Assembly: GCA_021432655.1 (NCBI GenBank) | Contig: MU271583.1 | Coordinates: 1 to 41,882 of the forward strand | DNA: 41,882 bases | Direction of reading: 5' to 3' | Source of the DNA: Atractiella rhizophila | Taxonomy: Eukaryota | Shown here: one piece after another, positions 24,757 through 37,802 of the stretch | How the letters are laid out: each line of letters starts with the position of its first letter | How positions within the stretch are numbered: position 1 is the first letter of the stretch | The notes under the pieces: model-generated | Databases searched by the model: none | Told to the model about the DNA's origin: nothing | What the model saw: the letters and a program-made list of their open reading frames with translations, nothing else | Position numbers and translations under genes: made by a program

Positions 24757-27700
24757 TCATCGCCGACGGTAGAACAAGATATAAGCAGAACGAGCCTACG
24801 GTTCAATTGCGTTATTGAAGTTAACAAGGGAAGATGAAGAAGAGAACGCACCTGAACTTTGTCTGCATCGAATGGGATCACTCTGCTATCATCCATATTG
24901 TACCAATCCTGCCTGCTCTTGACGTAGGCAGTGTAATGACCGTTGGACAGATTGCCAAAGTGATTTATGACTCCAAAGAGGTCGTAGTGCAAGCTCTGTG
25001 GCTTAGCACACTCTGGAGGTAGATTCCAAACGGAGCACTCATTCAGGGTCGGTGTAGGTGGCAGGTACGGCGTCATGTCGAGATCCTGGAGTGGATAATG
25101 CACCTGTGTTTCGAGCTTGTCCGTAAACGGCCCTTTGAAAGAGAATCGCTTGAGGTGAATGACCAGAACTTCAGGAAGTTTCGAAAGAGTAAGGTGTTTC
25201 GTTGCTTTCCGTTGCGTCTCGCACTTTGGACAGTTCCTTCTCGACGGGTTAGAAAGAGACGGCAAGACAAAATATATCCCACCATGCATCACCCTTCTCC
25301 ATGATCTCCTCCTTCACAAACAGGTCCAGGCACTGTGTCAGCGTGACTTTGGACAGTTTAGAGTTAGGAACGGGTAGTGAGAGTGTGGTGAACGTGTTGT
25401 AAGTTGTTGATGTCTGTAATGACATCAGTTGATTGTTAGGACGATGGAGGAAGCAATGCGAACTGTGCGACAGGTCAGACACTGAAGCCGATTTCGAAAT
25501 TGTCCTTGGAACAGAGCCACGACAACAGAATGGTTACGCTGTTGATCTAACTGCCACTCCTTCTCAGCAGCAACCTGAGTCGGTAGAGATTCAAGTGCTT
25601 TCTCTCGCTCCGGAGTCATTTCTAGAGCAGGAGGTTTCCGCTGAACTAGGTTAAGATCCTCGTGTAATGCATCCAGAAGAACCGTCAAAAATTCTTGACC
25701 ATCCTGCTGTTCTGTGCCCATGAACTGCTTCGCCACCAAACCAACTCCTTGCTGTGAAAACATTAAGTACGGTTAAGGTTGTGAGAAGAAAAGCAAGCAT
25801 ACTCTGAAGCTGATAGGCGATACATAGCCATATTGTTCTCCCCACATTGCGCGCAGCAACGTTGCAAAAGCATCACTGAGCTGCCCCTTGGTCCCCAGTG
25901 GACTGTACCTGTTGACATGACCTCTCCACGTTCCATCCTTGAAGTAGGTCGCGAAAGGCACTGCTGCACTCAAGCACTGCAGCGTTGCATTCATGTAGCA
26001 AGTATTTCCAAGGTTCTTGAGACCCGTAAAACCAACTGTCGCATCCCACTGCCCACCCTTGAAGCGGCTGACGGCAGACTGCACTGGCCTCGCAACTGAA
26101 ATTGGGGCAGGAGCGCGCATGAGTTGACCATTTGAAGGTGCAGCCATGGGAGGAGGTTGCGGGACGTTCGCTGCAGGGGACGGGACGTTGTGGCGTGAAA
26201 TGGCAGGGTATTCGAAGGCGGCACGAGTAGCTGTGGGATGCGCGTATTCGATGGACGGTTGGACTTCGCCTGTCATTCGACGAGAAACGCTGGGAGGAGT
26301 TGGAGGGGCCCCGTTTAATGGCATCTGCGGTTGGTAGTTTGGTCTTACTTGAGATGGGAGAGAAGGAACAAATGTTTGATAGTCCTGTGAGTTCGATCGG
26401 TATGCAGCGACAGCGGGGATGGTAACAGGAGAGTGGCTTTGGAAGCCGACGCCATTGGGACTGGGGCGAATAGGGTAGTCCTGAGAGCGGTATGGGGAGT
26501 GTGTCGGGCGCGACGCAAGCTATAGGACGTCAATGCTGGGAGTGGGACCAAAGGAATATGCTTACTGCTTCAACAACATTGTGAGCTTGACTTGGAGGCT
26601 GTTGGACATCAGGACTTCCATTCCTTCCATCTACTCCAGTATTCACAACGCTGAACTTCCTCCTCTCCTTCTTGAGCTCATCGGCTCCGCGACCCATATC
26701 GACGCCTCCAACCGACGCCGCGGTTCCCGCTCGCGGTCTTTGAGAAACGCCTTCGACAGCAGCCTGCCCTTCAATCCCATCTGCCCCGACCTTTTTTACC
26801 CAAGCCTCCCATCCGCCAATCAATAGCATCGGCGGTTTCCGTAGGTGTTTCGACATCTCATTCTGCCAGATAATCTGCATTAGATTCCAAACTGCAAGCC
26901 GACATTCGTCCATTTCTGGTCCATGAGGAACATCTCTCGAATTTCGATCGTAGATGACGACATAATCGTAAGTGTGCCTCCGATCGAAAAGACGAGACTC
27001 GGTGATGGGAGACAAGGAGAGGGAACTTTCCAGTTGGTCGGCTGGAACGATTTTCCGCAGGACGAATGGGTCGATGCAGACGGTGTCTCCCTTCATCCTT
27101 CCCCTCTCAAACTCCTCTCTTCGTCTCACATCGATGGCCAAAATCCTTCGAACCCCTTCTCTTCCCGTCAGGCCGACCGAAAGATACTGCCACAAAAGTT
27201 CCGGTAAAATGGAGTTCTGAATCGGGAGATCTGGTAAGCTCTGTGCCCCGCTTCCCGGCGTTGGCAGTTCTCGACGTGGTCGCAGAGCAGGAGAAGAAGG
27301 AAGACCATTCGGTTGAGATTGGGAGGGAGAGTGAGCAAAGTTTCGAGCTGCTTGGACGGCTGATGAAGGTTGATTTGGATAGTGAAAGGGTCTACGTGAA
27401 GGAACCTGTTGGTAAGACGACGTGGAGGGAGGGAGGACGACGTTGGATCCGTTGGAGTTGAAGTTGGGAAACACATCTTCCTCTTCATCCTCCTTCTGCT
27501 GAAGGTCTTGATAGTTTAGATACGAGGGAGGCGGAGGCAAGACGTGAGGTGGAGGAGGTTGATAATCAAAGCCTCGTGGAGGGGGAGGGAGACCTGTTGA
27601 GGGATCGACCGAGGGAATTGAAGGGAGACCCTGTAGAAGAGTAGTTGGAAATCCATCGAGTTCCGTTACATTGTCGATTGGTGTGACAGGTGGATAATCT

Positions 27701-28972
27701 TGAGCGAACTTGACGAGAGAAGGAGTCTCGAATTGGTAGTCGGCGAAATCTGTCTTAATGGTGTTTCGAGTGGGAGGCGAAAGAGGAGGTGAAGGGAGGG
27801 AATCCAGCTGCTCTTGCGCCGCAAGATTAAATGCCTCCTCCCGTATGAACCGCGATGTTCTAGGAGTGGTAGTCGGCGGCGCAGACCCACTTCGTTGGAT
27901 GTCATCGTCCGGGCTGAAGTTGGTCTCTATTGGTGGCGCTCGAGGTCCATTCTCGGTCCTGGGAGTTTGTGGAGGAGGAATGAACGCTTGCCCTTGTCCA
28001 CTACCACCAGTTCTATTAGGAGACGGCAAAGCACTCGGCCCTGGGGAGGAACCAGATGAAGGTTGAGGTGAGGGAGGAAGAAAGTTTGGAGAAGGTGGCT
28101 GCTGATGAAACTCCCGCGGTCCAGCAGGGCTTGGGCTCGTCGGAAAGCCTGATGATGACGGAGCTGGACTTGCGAGAGAGGCAAATTGGGCGCTGGGTGC
28201 CGGACTTGCGGGAGGGACGGGAAGAGGTCGACGACTGCTTGTTGAGGGCGGCTGGATCTTCGGAGGAGGTGCGTTAGTCTTCGACAAGTCTAGCCCAGCT
28301 TGTTCCAGTGAGGTTATTCGACCCGCCAGACTACCCGATATTCGATTCGAGGTGCGCAGTGCCGTAGGTTTGACATTGGGCGGAGGTGGGGAGGAAGGAG
28401 AAGTGGGAGTCGACGCGCCTCTGAGATCGTTCCATGAGCGCGATTCAAAAGAGAGTGCAGTACACACGAGTTCGACATGTAACTATCTACCATACTGTCC
28501 GTGATGTGGACCTCGTCAACAAGACCACGCTCTTTATCTCGGTGTTGCAGCTCTTCTTCAAGGAGTTTGTATGTAGGAATTTGTCTTTGGACGTTCTGTT
28601 GATCCATCTCAGAGAAAGAACGACCTAGAGATTATGTGCATACCCCTTTGAGGTCCACAAAACTCCACCAATCGACAGATTTCCTTGATTGACACTGTTT
28701 GAATTCCTGGTGATTTGGGATCTCCTTCACGATCCTACCTCCAGCCTCAATCCTTCTGCTATCCTACAAGAAAGGTAAGATCGAACGTACTCGAAAACCT
28801 TTCTAAGACAGATATACGCCTCCTCCTTCTCTTCAGTCTGCAACTTGGCGCTAGCAATGTCAAGTAGCCTGTTGCAAGTCTTTATATAACTCTTCAAACC
28901 GAAACCGTTCAAGGTCCTGGCGTCGAAATGGCCTTTCTCCTTGAGTGCTGTAAGCGTGAGCGTACTCGTCAT
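24757..28972 (-). CDS. DOA4: Ubiquitin C-terminal hydrolase Doa4/Ubp4/USP8 (N-terminal MIT-like, rhodanese-like and USP domains); multi-exon
   Basis: GLKNLGNTCYMN Cys box, QQDGQEFL, IHLKRF, HFGNLSNGHYTAY His box, AYILFYRR*; rhodanese-like ILAIDVRRREEFERG. Confidence 0.93.
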
Positions 28973-29103
28973 TTCATCTTTCGTTCGACTGGAGTGGCTG
29001 GTCGTCGTTCTTGGCCCAGGTACGAACGAGCCTTCTTGTCCAACAAATCGCCAGACGCGACGAAATCGACAATTTCTAGTACGGTTACAGCGTGATTAAT
29101 GTC

Positions 29104-32100
29104 ATGGGGAACAACAAGTATCCCCTTCCTCCACCAGACCAGCCTCCTCCGTCCAGAGACGAGCTTCCGAAAGCTATTTTCACCGTAGTTGTCGATGGTG
29201 GTGGAAGGTTCGCGACCTCAGACAGGTCGCTGAACAGCTATGGCTACAGAGGAACAGGAGATTGGAAACGGCCTGCGGGGGAAGCATATATGCAGTACAA
29301 GCCTCCCACTGAACAAGAATTAATGAAGCAAGTGGAATACGACATGGATGAACAAGGTGTGTATCTCGTTACGATCCTCGCACAATGGGTGCCTTGATAT
29401 CGACACTTCTGTAGACGGAGCCTGGTTGGATCTAATGAACAAACAGAGAAAGTCTGCACCCGTTATCTCGCCGGAATTCTTCGAGATTGCCATGGATCGA
29501 CTTGAGAAGGAATGGTTCAAGCTGGTCCGTCTTCCTCTGTCTTCTCTCGTTGTTTCTTTGTCACACTATATGTTGTAGATGGAACTAGTCCCCAAAAAGC
29601 AAGTTCATTTGACAGAAGCCGATTCGAAATGTGCAATCTGTGATGACGGAGACGCAGAGAATTCGAACGCGATCGTCTTTTGTGACGGCTGCAACATTGC
29701 TGTGCATCAGGGTTCATTGCTCAATCTTTCCTTCTCGCGTTCTACATCTGACACTTTAGCGTGTCATAGACTGTTATGGTATTCCCTACGTACCGGAAGG
29801 CCAATGGCTATGTCGAAAGTGTGATCTCAGCCCGGAAGCGCCAGTCTCCTGCGACCTCTGTCCGAACACTTGGGGAGCATATAAACAAACTACGACCGGC
29901 TCTTGGGTTCACCTCATTTGTGCTCTTTGGATTCCAGAAACTACGGTTCAGAATGTCATTTACATGGAGCCGGTCGAGAACGTGGAGAAGATCGACAAGG
30001 CCAGGAAGAACCTACAGTGCGTTATCTGCGGCGGAAAGAAGGAGAAGCCGTGCATACAGTGCTCTGTCAATTCTTGTCGCGTCGCTTTCCACGTCACTTG
30101 CGCGAGAGCAAGGGGATTATACATGAAGCTTGGGATGAAAGTTTCTAGGGAAGAAGGGCAAAAGGATGGAGAGTTAGAATGGGAGAGGATGATTGCGTAT
30201 TGTGAAAAGCATTCGCCGGTCGGTTCATCTCTTCATACATGCAGTCTATTGCGTCTGAACAATGTTCCTTATAGAACGGCCATGCCGTCCCCCCTCTTCC
30301 TCCCGGACAGCACTTCCTCCCTTCTTCCCAACAGCAACGCTTCAACGAAATGAGCGGCGATTCTAAAGCTGCGAGAGCCTACGGCGAAGCGCCAGCCCCC
30401 TCAAGCGAGCCTAAACACCATCCCTTCAACGTTCCGAAATACATCTTTGACAAGGTGTTCGACTATCTCAAACACTTTAAAATGGGTGCGAAAGAGAGAA
30501 AGAACATGCTGCAGCTCGTGTGCAAGTACTGGGGATTGAAGAGAGAGTCAAGAAGGGGAGCAGTGCTTCTCAAACGCTTGCACCTTGAACCGTGGGGAAG
30601 TAGGAATTTCGAGGCCGATGACAAGGAGATTGCCATGAAAAGAAAGGAGTTGGAGAAATTGAGAGGAAATATCGAATCGTTTCGCGCCAATATCCTCACG
30701 AAAGTTCTGGACAGGGATGGACTCAAGCAGCAAGAAGCGGAGGTCCTCAAAAACTTTACGGATAGCCTATTGTTTGCCAAACATCACGCCATGTACAAGG
30801 GAATCGTGGACGCTCTCAAAAAGTGCGCGCTTTATCTTTCCAGGACACATTTCTAACGATAACCTTAAAAGGAACGACAGCTCGAGGTATTTCCATCAAC
30901 CCGTGAACAAAGAGCTTTATCCCAACTATCGGGATATCATTAAACGTCCGATGGACTTTGCGACTATCCTCGATAAGATTTCTCGCCGAGAATACATGAC
31001 AGTGGATGATTTCAAGGCCGATATATTCCTCATATACTCCAACGCTCAAACATTCAACCATTCAGACAATGCTTGTTATCATGCTGCCCAAAGAGGTCGC
31101 GCGAAAGCCATCGAGCTGCTAGGACAACAAGAAAGGAACATAGTATCAGCTCAATTCGACGAAGAGTACCTCAACAAAGTCCTCACCGTTCCTTTCGTTA
31201 AAGAGCTCTTCGCGCCAGGACTCAGCCCAGCTGCACCGATCGATACGCTCCTTCCTGACGTAGCCACTTTCATTGGCAGTGCAGAAAAGCCACTCGAAGG
31301 CGACACGGCTCCGAGCGAGGTGGATGAGACTTTTGCGAAGAAGGGGAAGAAGGGAAGTAAGGTGAAAGGGAAGAGAATGCGTGACAAAGAGGACGACGGC
31401 GCACCGCCAGCAAAGAAGAGGAGGACAGAACAGACAGAGCCTCAGGCGCTCGGCGAGACTCAAACTGCTACGAACAGCCTGTCGGCTGACGACAACGCCG
31501 CATTTAGCAATCGAGTTCGTAAGTCAAAGGCTGATAAGTCGAAAGCACCACGAGATGCCGTAATCCAAGTTGCCCCAGCTGCTCAAGTAAACGCCTCTTT
31601 GGAACACGCACGGGTGGAACAATCCACAATACCAGTTGGCGTTGTTGGAATGGCGGGGACCGCTGACCAGACTATGCTTACGGAGAGAGATTACATTCTC
31701 AATCTCTACGAGGGGAGAAATCTAATTTTGCCTGAAGGGACGAAGAGGGCCAGAAAGAGTGCGTCTCCATTCTAAGCTAGGCATTGTTAACCATGTAGTA
31801 GCTCTCCAGCCAACTACACCAGCACCGTCCCGCAAGATTGCCGCTACAGCCCAGAAACCTACCCCTTCTCATTCTGTGAGCGTGTCGTCTCCTCTTCCTG
31901 CCAACGTTGCCCCTCGTCCTTCTAGTTCTCCGCTGGTTACAAGGTCGCCCCAAAGCGCAAAAGCTCAGGAGGATCAGGAATCATCCGAGCTCTCGGAACC
32001 ATCGAGCGATGACGAGATGGTTCCAAAGACGATACGAGAGACAGTTCCGAAGTCAGGACCTCAGAGTAAGAAGAGGAGATTGACTGCTGACTGGCCGAGT

Positions 32101-33787
32101 CAGAAGAAGAAGTTGCAGAAGCAGGACCATCCTACTGGTTCGTCGGCTTTGCCTTCTCATACTTAATCAAATAGGGATTTCTGTGTAGGGCCGTCTAAAC
32201 CTGGAGCTTCATGGGGGCGAGGTACTTTAACGGGTTTGCCTGACGAACTCCTTTCTCCACAAGGACCTTCTATTTCCCAACCTCTCCCAGTCACATCCCC
32301 GACTCCAGTTATTGCAGGCAGTGCAAACGATCAAATGAAATCGGCTGAAACGTCCCCTCTCTCTTCCCCGAATGACGCGCATTCTGTACTACCAATCATC
32401 GCGCCAACAGGATCTACAACGAGGCCAACTCATGCGGCAGTCAAGGACAGGGAAGAATCTCCTGCCTCTTCATCTTCGCTTTCATCGCTTGAACCTTCGA
32501 CAGAAGTTGGCCTAAGCGATACTCCCGCTTCATTTGCATTCGCCAGTCTCCCAGCCTCCGACGACCCACCCAGCGGCTCTCAGAGTAGAGATGCTCCGAC
32601 GACTCACAAGAGCAAAAATCCACGAAGGAGCACGCGTTCTCTCCTTACTCAGGTAACAGAGAATGATGAGCCGACATCCACTGGCCAACTTGCGTCGACA
32701 TCCAAAATACCGCCGGATCTCGATGCCCCTGCGAATCAACATTCGAAGTCTTCGTCACGACGTCCAACCAGAAGTTCCAGAATTAGCAACAATCTCAACT
32801 TGTCAATCCGTCATTTGTCCAATTTGGACGGTACCGAAGCAATATCAGAACCTCAGAGTGAAAAGTTTCGTTCGCCAACTCCAGCTCCTGTGTCAGCTCC
32901 AGACTTCAATCCGCCCGTCAGCCCACAGAAGCCGGGGAAGAGGATTCCTGAGCTGAAAAAGAAGTACGGTTACTCGGAAAAGCATAACTTCGAGGATGGT
33001 GAGCTAGTATGGGCGAAGCACAACAGCAAACAATACCCTTGGCTCCCGGCGGAAATTGATCATGATTTTGGACACCTACAAGCTCTTCTTGACAAGAAAG
33101 AGAAGTCAGCGGTGCCGCTATATGGCGTCATGTACTTTGACTGGTTGGGTGAGAATCGTCGGACGTCGTTAGTGTTTTTCTACCTTTGAGTCGGTTTCCC
33201 ATACTCAAATATCCCTACAATAGGGACGCGCTGCCTTTGAGAAGCTTGCTCCCTTTTGCAGAAGAAGCGAGCAAAGAAGTTGACGACTATCTCTCCACCG
33301 AAGCAGCTGTTCGCGAGGCCATCCCACTGAAGGGGGCGAAGCTTGAGGAACAGATTGACCACCTAAAAACGGTTTATAAGTGGGCGCTAGAGTTCCTAGC
33401 ATCCGACGAGGAAGACGATGGAGATCAACAACATAAATCGTTCGGTCCTGCTGGACATCGTGATAAAGAGAAGAGAAGGCAACAAGAAAATGGGGAGATC
33501 CGGTCATCCGTCAAGAGGGGTGGACCTGACAGAGGAAGCGACAAAGAAAGATCAAAGCGCAAACATTCGTCCGCCGTTTTTCCATGACTTCTGTGGATCC
33601 TGATTTGTCTTTCACAGGGCTTGTGACGCTTGTCGCCGTTCGAGAAAGGGATGTCGCCGCGATGAGGAAGATGAGGACTTGAGTTGCCTGCCTTGCAAAA
33701 TGTACGTTTCGTTGAAGTACAACGGCTATGCCTAACGTCCTTCGTGATCTTTCCAGGTCCAACAAGAAATGCTCTCTCGCGGTTTAG
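29104..33787 (+). CDS. NTO1: NTO1/BRPF (peregrin)-like histone acetyltransferase scaffold: EPL1-like, PHD-Zn knuckle-PHD, bromodomain, PWWP and predicted C-terminal Zn2Cys6 cluster; multi-exon
   Basis: [70 protein letters not shown]...NAQTFN bromodomain, LVWAK...YPWLPAEI. Introns 33569-33617 and 33702-33756 extend the frame to TAG 33785-33787 (the unspliced stop is at 33587). Confidence 0.88.
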
Positions 33788-34217
33788 GATCTCTCATTCG
33801 ATATGGTGTGCATCATGGAATACGAAGATTCTGTGTTTCCCTTTGTACCTTCTCTCAGTCTTATTCGCTGATTCCTCAGAACCAAGCAATATATTTACCA
33901 TGTTTCCAAATATTTCTCACTGAGTGGAACAAGACGGTAGACAAGAACGGTAACCTGAGGAGATCTGAGAACTTGCTCGATCCAGGACGCTGCTCAGCAA
34001 AGTCCATTGGTTAAGGTCTTGGGAACAGACTGGTGTAGCCTGCATGTACACTGCAATCTGATAGAACTCAGGTGGCTCTATCATTAGTTTTCAAACGAGA
34101 TTCAAAGCCTGTCTCCTAATCATTCCACATATGCACAAGAACATGGGGCGCTGATTTCTGTAGATATATTTTTGATGATTCCTCAGAATGAAACTTCCTG
34201 ATCCAGAAAGGACACAA

Positions 34218-35736
34218 CTAATCATCGTCATCATAATCATAGTCGGCTCCTACGTGCAATCATGAGTTCATAAAGGATTGTCACGGCCGCAAAACTCACC
34301 ATCTGGACTTTCATCTCTGAAGGCTTTCCTGTAATACCCCGCTTCGGAGTCGACATCGCTCTCATCATCCTCATCGTCTTCGCCTTCAGGATAATCGTTG
34401 CGATAGAAATCCTCATCTGCATTCCACCGTCATGGTCAATTCGCAAGACCCAAGTGAGGCGAAGACGCAAGGAGCCATTTGGCATACCATTAGAGTCCTC
34501 ATCTGCTTCATCTGGCGCCTCTTCATCTGTGTCTGCGTTATTCTCGTCGACAAGAATATCCCCGTCTTCAAGGCCCGCACTACCAGTCATTGAGGCTGCT
34601 GCTGCAGGGAAATGAAGGAAAGAGGACGAACACAATCCCAATTCGTTGTAAGCCAGCAAGACTCCCCACATCATTCTGGTCTCCAACATCAGTTGATGCA
34701 GGGGTGAGATCCGGGTAGTAGACGTCGTATACATAGTCCCCTTCTGGAGGGGGAGGAGCCGTGCCTTCTTTTGCCTTGCCCTCTTTCTCCACATCGTCCT
34801 GCACTATAGGTCCACCATCAAATCGCTTAAATCACTTTCGAACATGATGAATAAAAAGAAATAAGGCGCACAGACGAGATATTTCTCGACCATCTCCAAC
34901 AACACTCTGTCCTCCTCTTTCTTCCCCAGCAACTTGACACCCCCTCCCTCTATCCCATCAGTCTCGTCCTCCGCCACAGCATCAATGATCCTCATCTTCC
35001 CGGGTTCCTGTTTGACACCTTCCGGTGAAGGATCATCGATATCCATCGCGATATCCTCGTCTTTCTGTCTGACGACGCGGAAACGCAAGGGACCACTGTT
35101 TGGAGGAGGAGCGATGGGTTTGCCGGGATGTGACTTTAGGATTGGAGCTCGACGGAGAGCTGAAGAGCGCTTATATTTCTTCGTTGGAGGGTCTTCGCTG
35201 GTTGAAGCTGTTGGAAGAGAAGCAAGAGCAGCAGGAGGGGACGACATGGAGGCGGTTGGCGCAGCGGATGGGAGGGACTTTAAGACGGGAGGTTTGAGAA
35301 ACGCCTGGTGAAAGATAAGCCGATTGGAGAGGAAGACATATTTGGACGATATACCTGCATCATTGACTGAGAGCTCATGGCGCTCCATTCGGACTCCTCG
35401 ACTGTCTTTGCAAACTTGTATTTCCTTCCTTCACACAAACCAATTACTTTCCATCCTCGTGTAAATCACCACAGATAAAGTACGCACCATGTTCCAAAGG
35501 GCTCGTCAGTCCTTCTCCTGGCTCATCAGCGGCCAAATCACTCCTGCTACGCTTCACACCCTTCTTCCCAGCTGCATCCTGCAACACTACCGGCCAACAT
35601 GAGCTCATACATCCGAGAAACAACGTGCATACGTCGCACCTAGTGTTTCGAGGGGATTATGGTCTGCTTGTCGCTTGCGCTTGATACGGAGAACGGAGAG
35701 ATAGGCCGGATCTTGTGGAGGGATGGCAGTCGCCAT
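34218..35736 (-). CDS. IWR1: Iwr1-like RNA polymerase II nuclear import factor; multi-exon
   Basis: N-terminal VLRIKRKR, then DYVYDVYY, DEDSN|DEDFYRNDYPE and an acidic tail ending DYDYDDDD*. Confidence 0.82.
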
Positions 35737-36106
35737 TTCTCGCCGTCAGTCGCCACCAACTGAGTTTTATAAAGCCTGGTACAGCTGCACCTTCGAGACT
35801 TGAAGGTAACTGCAACTGTTTGCTGTACGACGAGTCTAAGGATGAGTCTTGGACATTGATCGTGGAGATTGCCTGCTTGCCTTTCTCGGAAATTTGGATT
35901 CCTTTGTACAAGATATGACGTAAATAAAGTTAGCCTCAAGCGGTTTGAGCTGCAGCTGGAGAAGTGATGCTTTCAGGTGGAGTGGCGATTTTTTTGTCAC
36001 AAAAGTATAACACTCCTACTAGGTGCACTGTTGTGAGGGGAAAAACAAGAAATTGAAGCAAATTATTGGTACAATTCATGTAGTACAAGAACATTGTTAG
36101 TTAAGC

Positions 36107-37386
36107 CTACAACTTCTTCTCTGCCGCCATTTCCTCTCCTCTCACAACAGCCAAAAGGTTCTTGGCACACAGCAATCCCATCGCTTGTCTAGTCTCAAAG
36201 GTAGCGCTTCCAATATGCTATCGAATCCGCATGAGCACTCAACGTGAACGAAAGGAGGTGTGAACAACTCACAGGGAAAATGACGCATCTAGGCAGCTTC
36301 CCCAGACCCTCGCTCCCCTTCACATTCGGTTCTCCCTCGACCACATCCAGACCAGCACCCCATATCTTTTCCTCCTTCAAAGCAGCCTCTAAAGCTTTAT
36401 TGTCGACTATTGGTCCTCTAGCAATATTGACCGCCGTCTTCTTCATCCTCGCGAGGAAGACTTCATCTACAAGGTGGAACGTCTTTTCGTTCAGACTGCA
36501 TCCGACGATCAACACGTCGCTCTCCACCGCCAACCGGTCCATCGAATCCACCGGCGTCAGTTTCCCGTCTTGAAGAGAGGGATGGGAGAGCAGTCCGTAG
36601 TGATCGGAAGAGGAAGAAAGTGGGGAGCCAAGTTGGGAAGTTGTGTAGATGGCGCGGGAGATTCCGAAGGGCAACAAGCGGAGGAGGAGCGCTTGGGATA
36701 TGCGTCCAAAGCCTAGGAAGCCTACGGTTGCTTTGGAGAGTGAAGGTCCCCAAAGCATCTCGGGAGACCAAGGAGTGACGGGCCACTGTTGGTAATGCAA
36801 CCTTCCGTGTAAGAACATTTCGGTGGATTGGTGTGTTATGGAGGACGAACCCTGTCTTCCTGCACGAGCCGGATTGCTTCTCCTGCTCGCCTCATTGCTG
36901 CCAGAACGAGGAGCACGCCGAGATCTGCGACTGCATCCGTGAGGACGTCTGGAGCTGGGTGCGACTCCACTTGTTAGTTACGTCAATGATTGATAAAGGA
37001 GGGAACGGCTCACTGACTCCCAAACGAATATTCCTCTTCTTCAGAGCGCCAATGTCAATGTGATCGAAGCCTGCAGACATGGTGGAGACGACCTTAAGGG
37101 ATGGCCCAGCCTTGTCCAAGAACTCTTCGTCCACCTATGAACTCACATATCCATCTTCAGCACTTAATACAAGGATTGATTGAAGACTCGCCTTCTCAGT
37201 CAGGGTCAAAGCTACGCCCTCTGCGCCGTGGATGTTCTTCAAGAGCCATTCGCGATCGCATACCTTGTCCTCTGGCTCGGGATAGATGATCAGGTCGAGA
37301 TCGGCGGCTTCTTTGAGCAGGGAAAGCCCTTCAGAGGGGATCTGGCGCGCTACGACGACCTTGTGCTTCTGCTTTCCGGGCGCCAT
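36107..37386 (-). CDS. Glyoxylate/hydroxypyruvate reductase (D-2-hydroxyacid dehydrogenase family); multi-exon
   Basis: [35 protein letters not shown] Rossmann motif, [23 protein letters not shown]. Confidence 0.92.
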
Positions 37387-37802
37387 GATCTCTTCAGGTT
37401 CTGAAGCGAGATCGTTGATGCAGATGCTAAGCAGGAGGAGATGATATATTCATTACTGCTGATTTGTTGTTCCGTGTGCCGCAATACAGCCAAGCACAGT
37501 CGAAATTGAAATTGATAGTGATCTCATCGAAATAATTATGCGGCAAAGAAGGCAGTGAAGACGCAACGTGAAGTGAGAATGAGTTCGCCTGTTCTTTCAC
37601 TGTCAAGGGTATTATAATTGCAGTAGTTCTAAGCAAATATGTGACCATTTGGCATCAGGAGTCTAAGAAGTTGCCATTGTTCTCAGTATCATTTACATCC
37701 GAGTAAAAACGCTTTAACGACTCATCGATTTGATCAGAATTCCATCCTTATAAGCGCCGAAACAATCTACCACAACTTAACAGAATAATATAGCTCAACG
37801 CA

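Noticed and set aside
26326..26350. Apparent 23-nt micro-intron GTAAG...CAG in DOA4
   Set aside because: The reading frame is continuous through it, so no splicing is needed.
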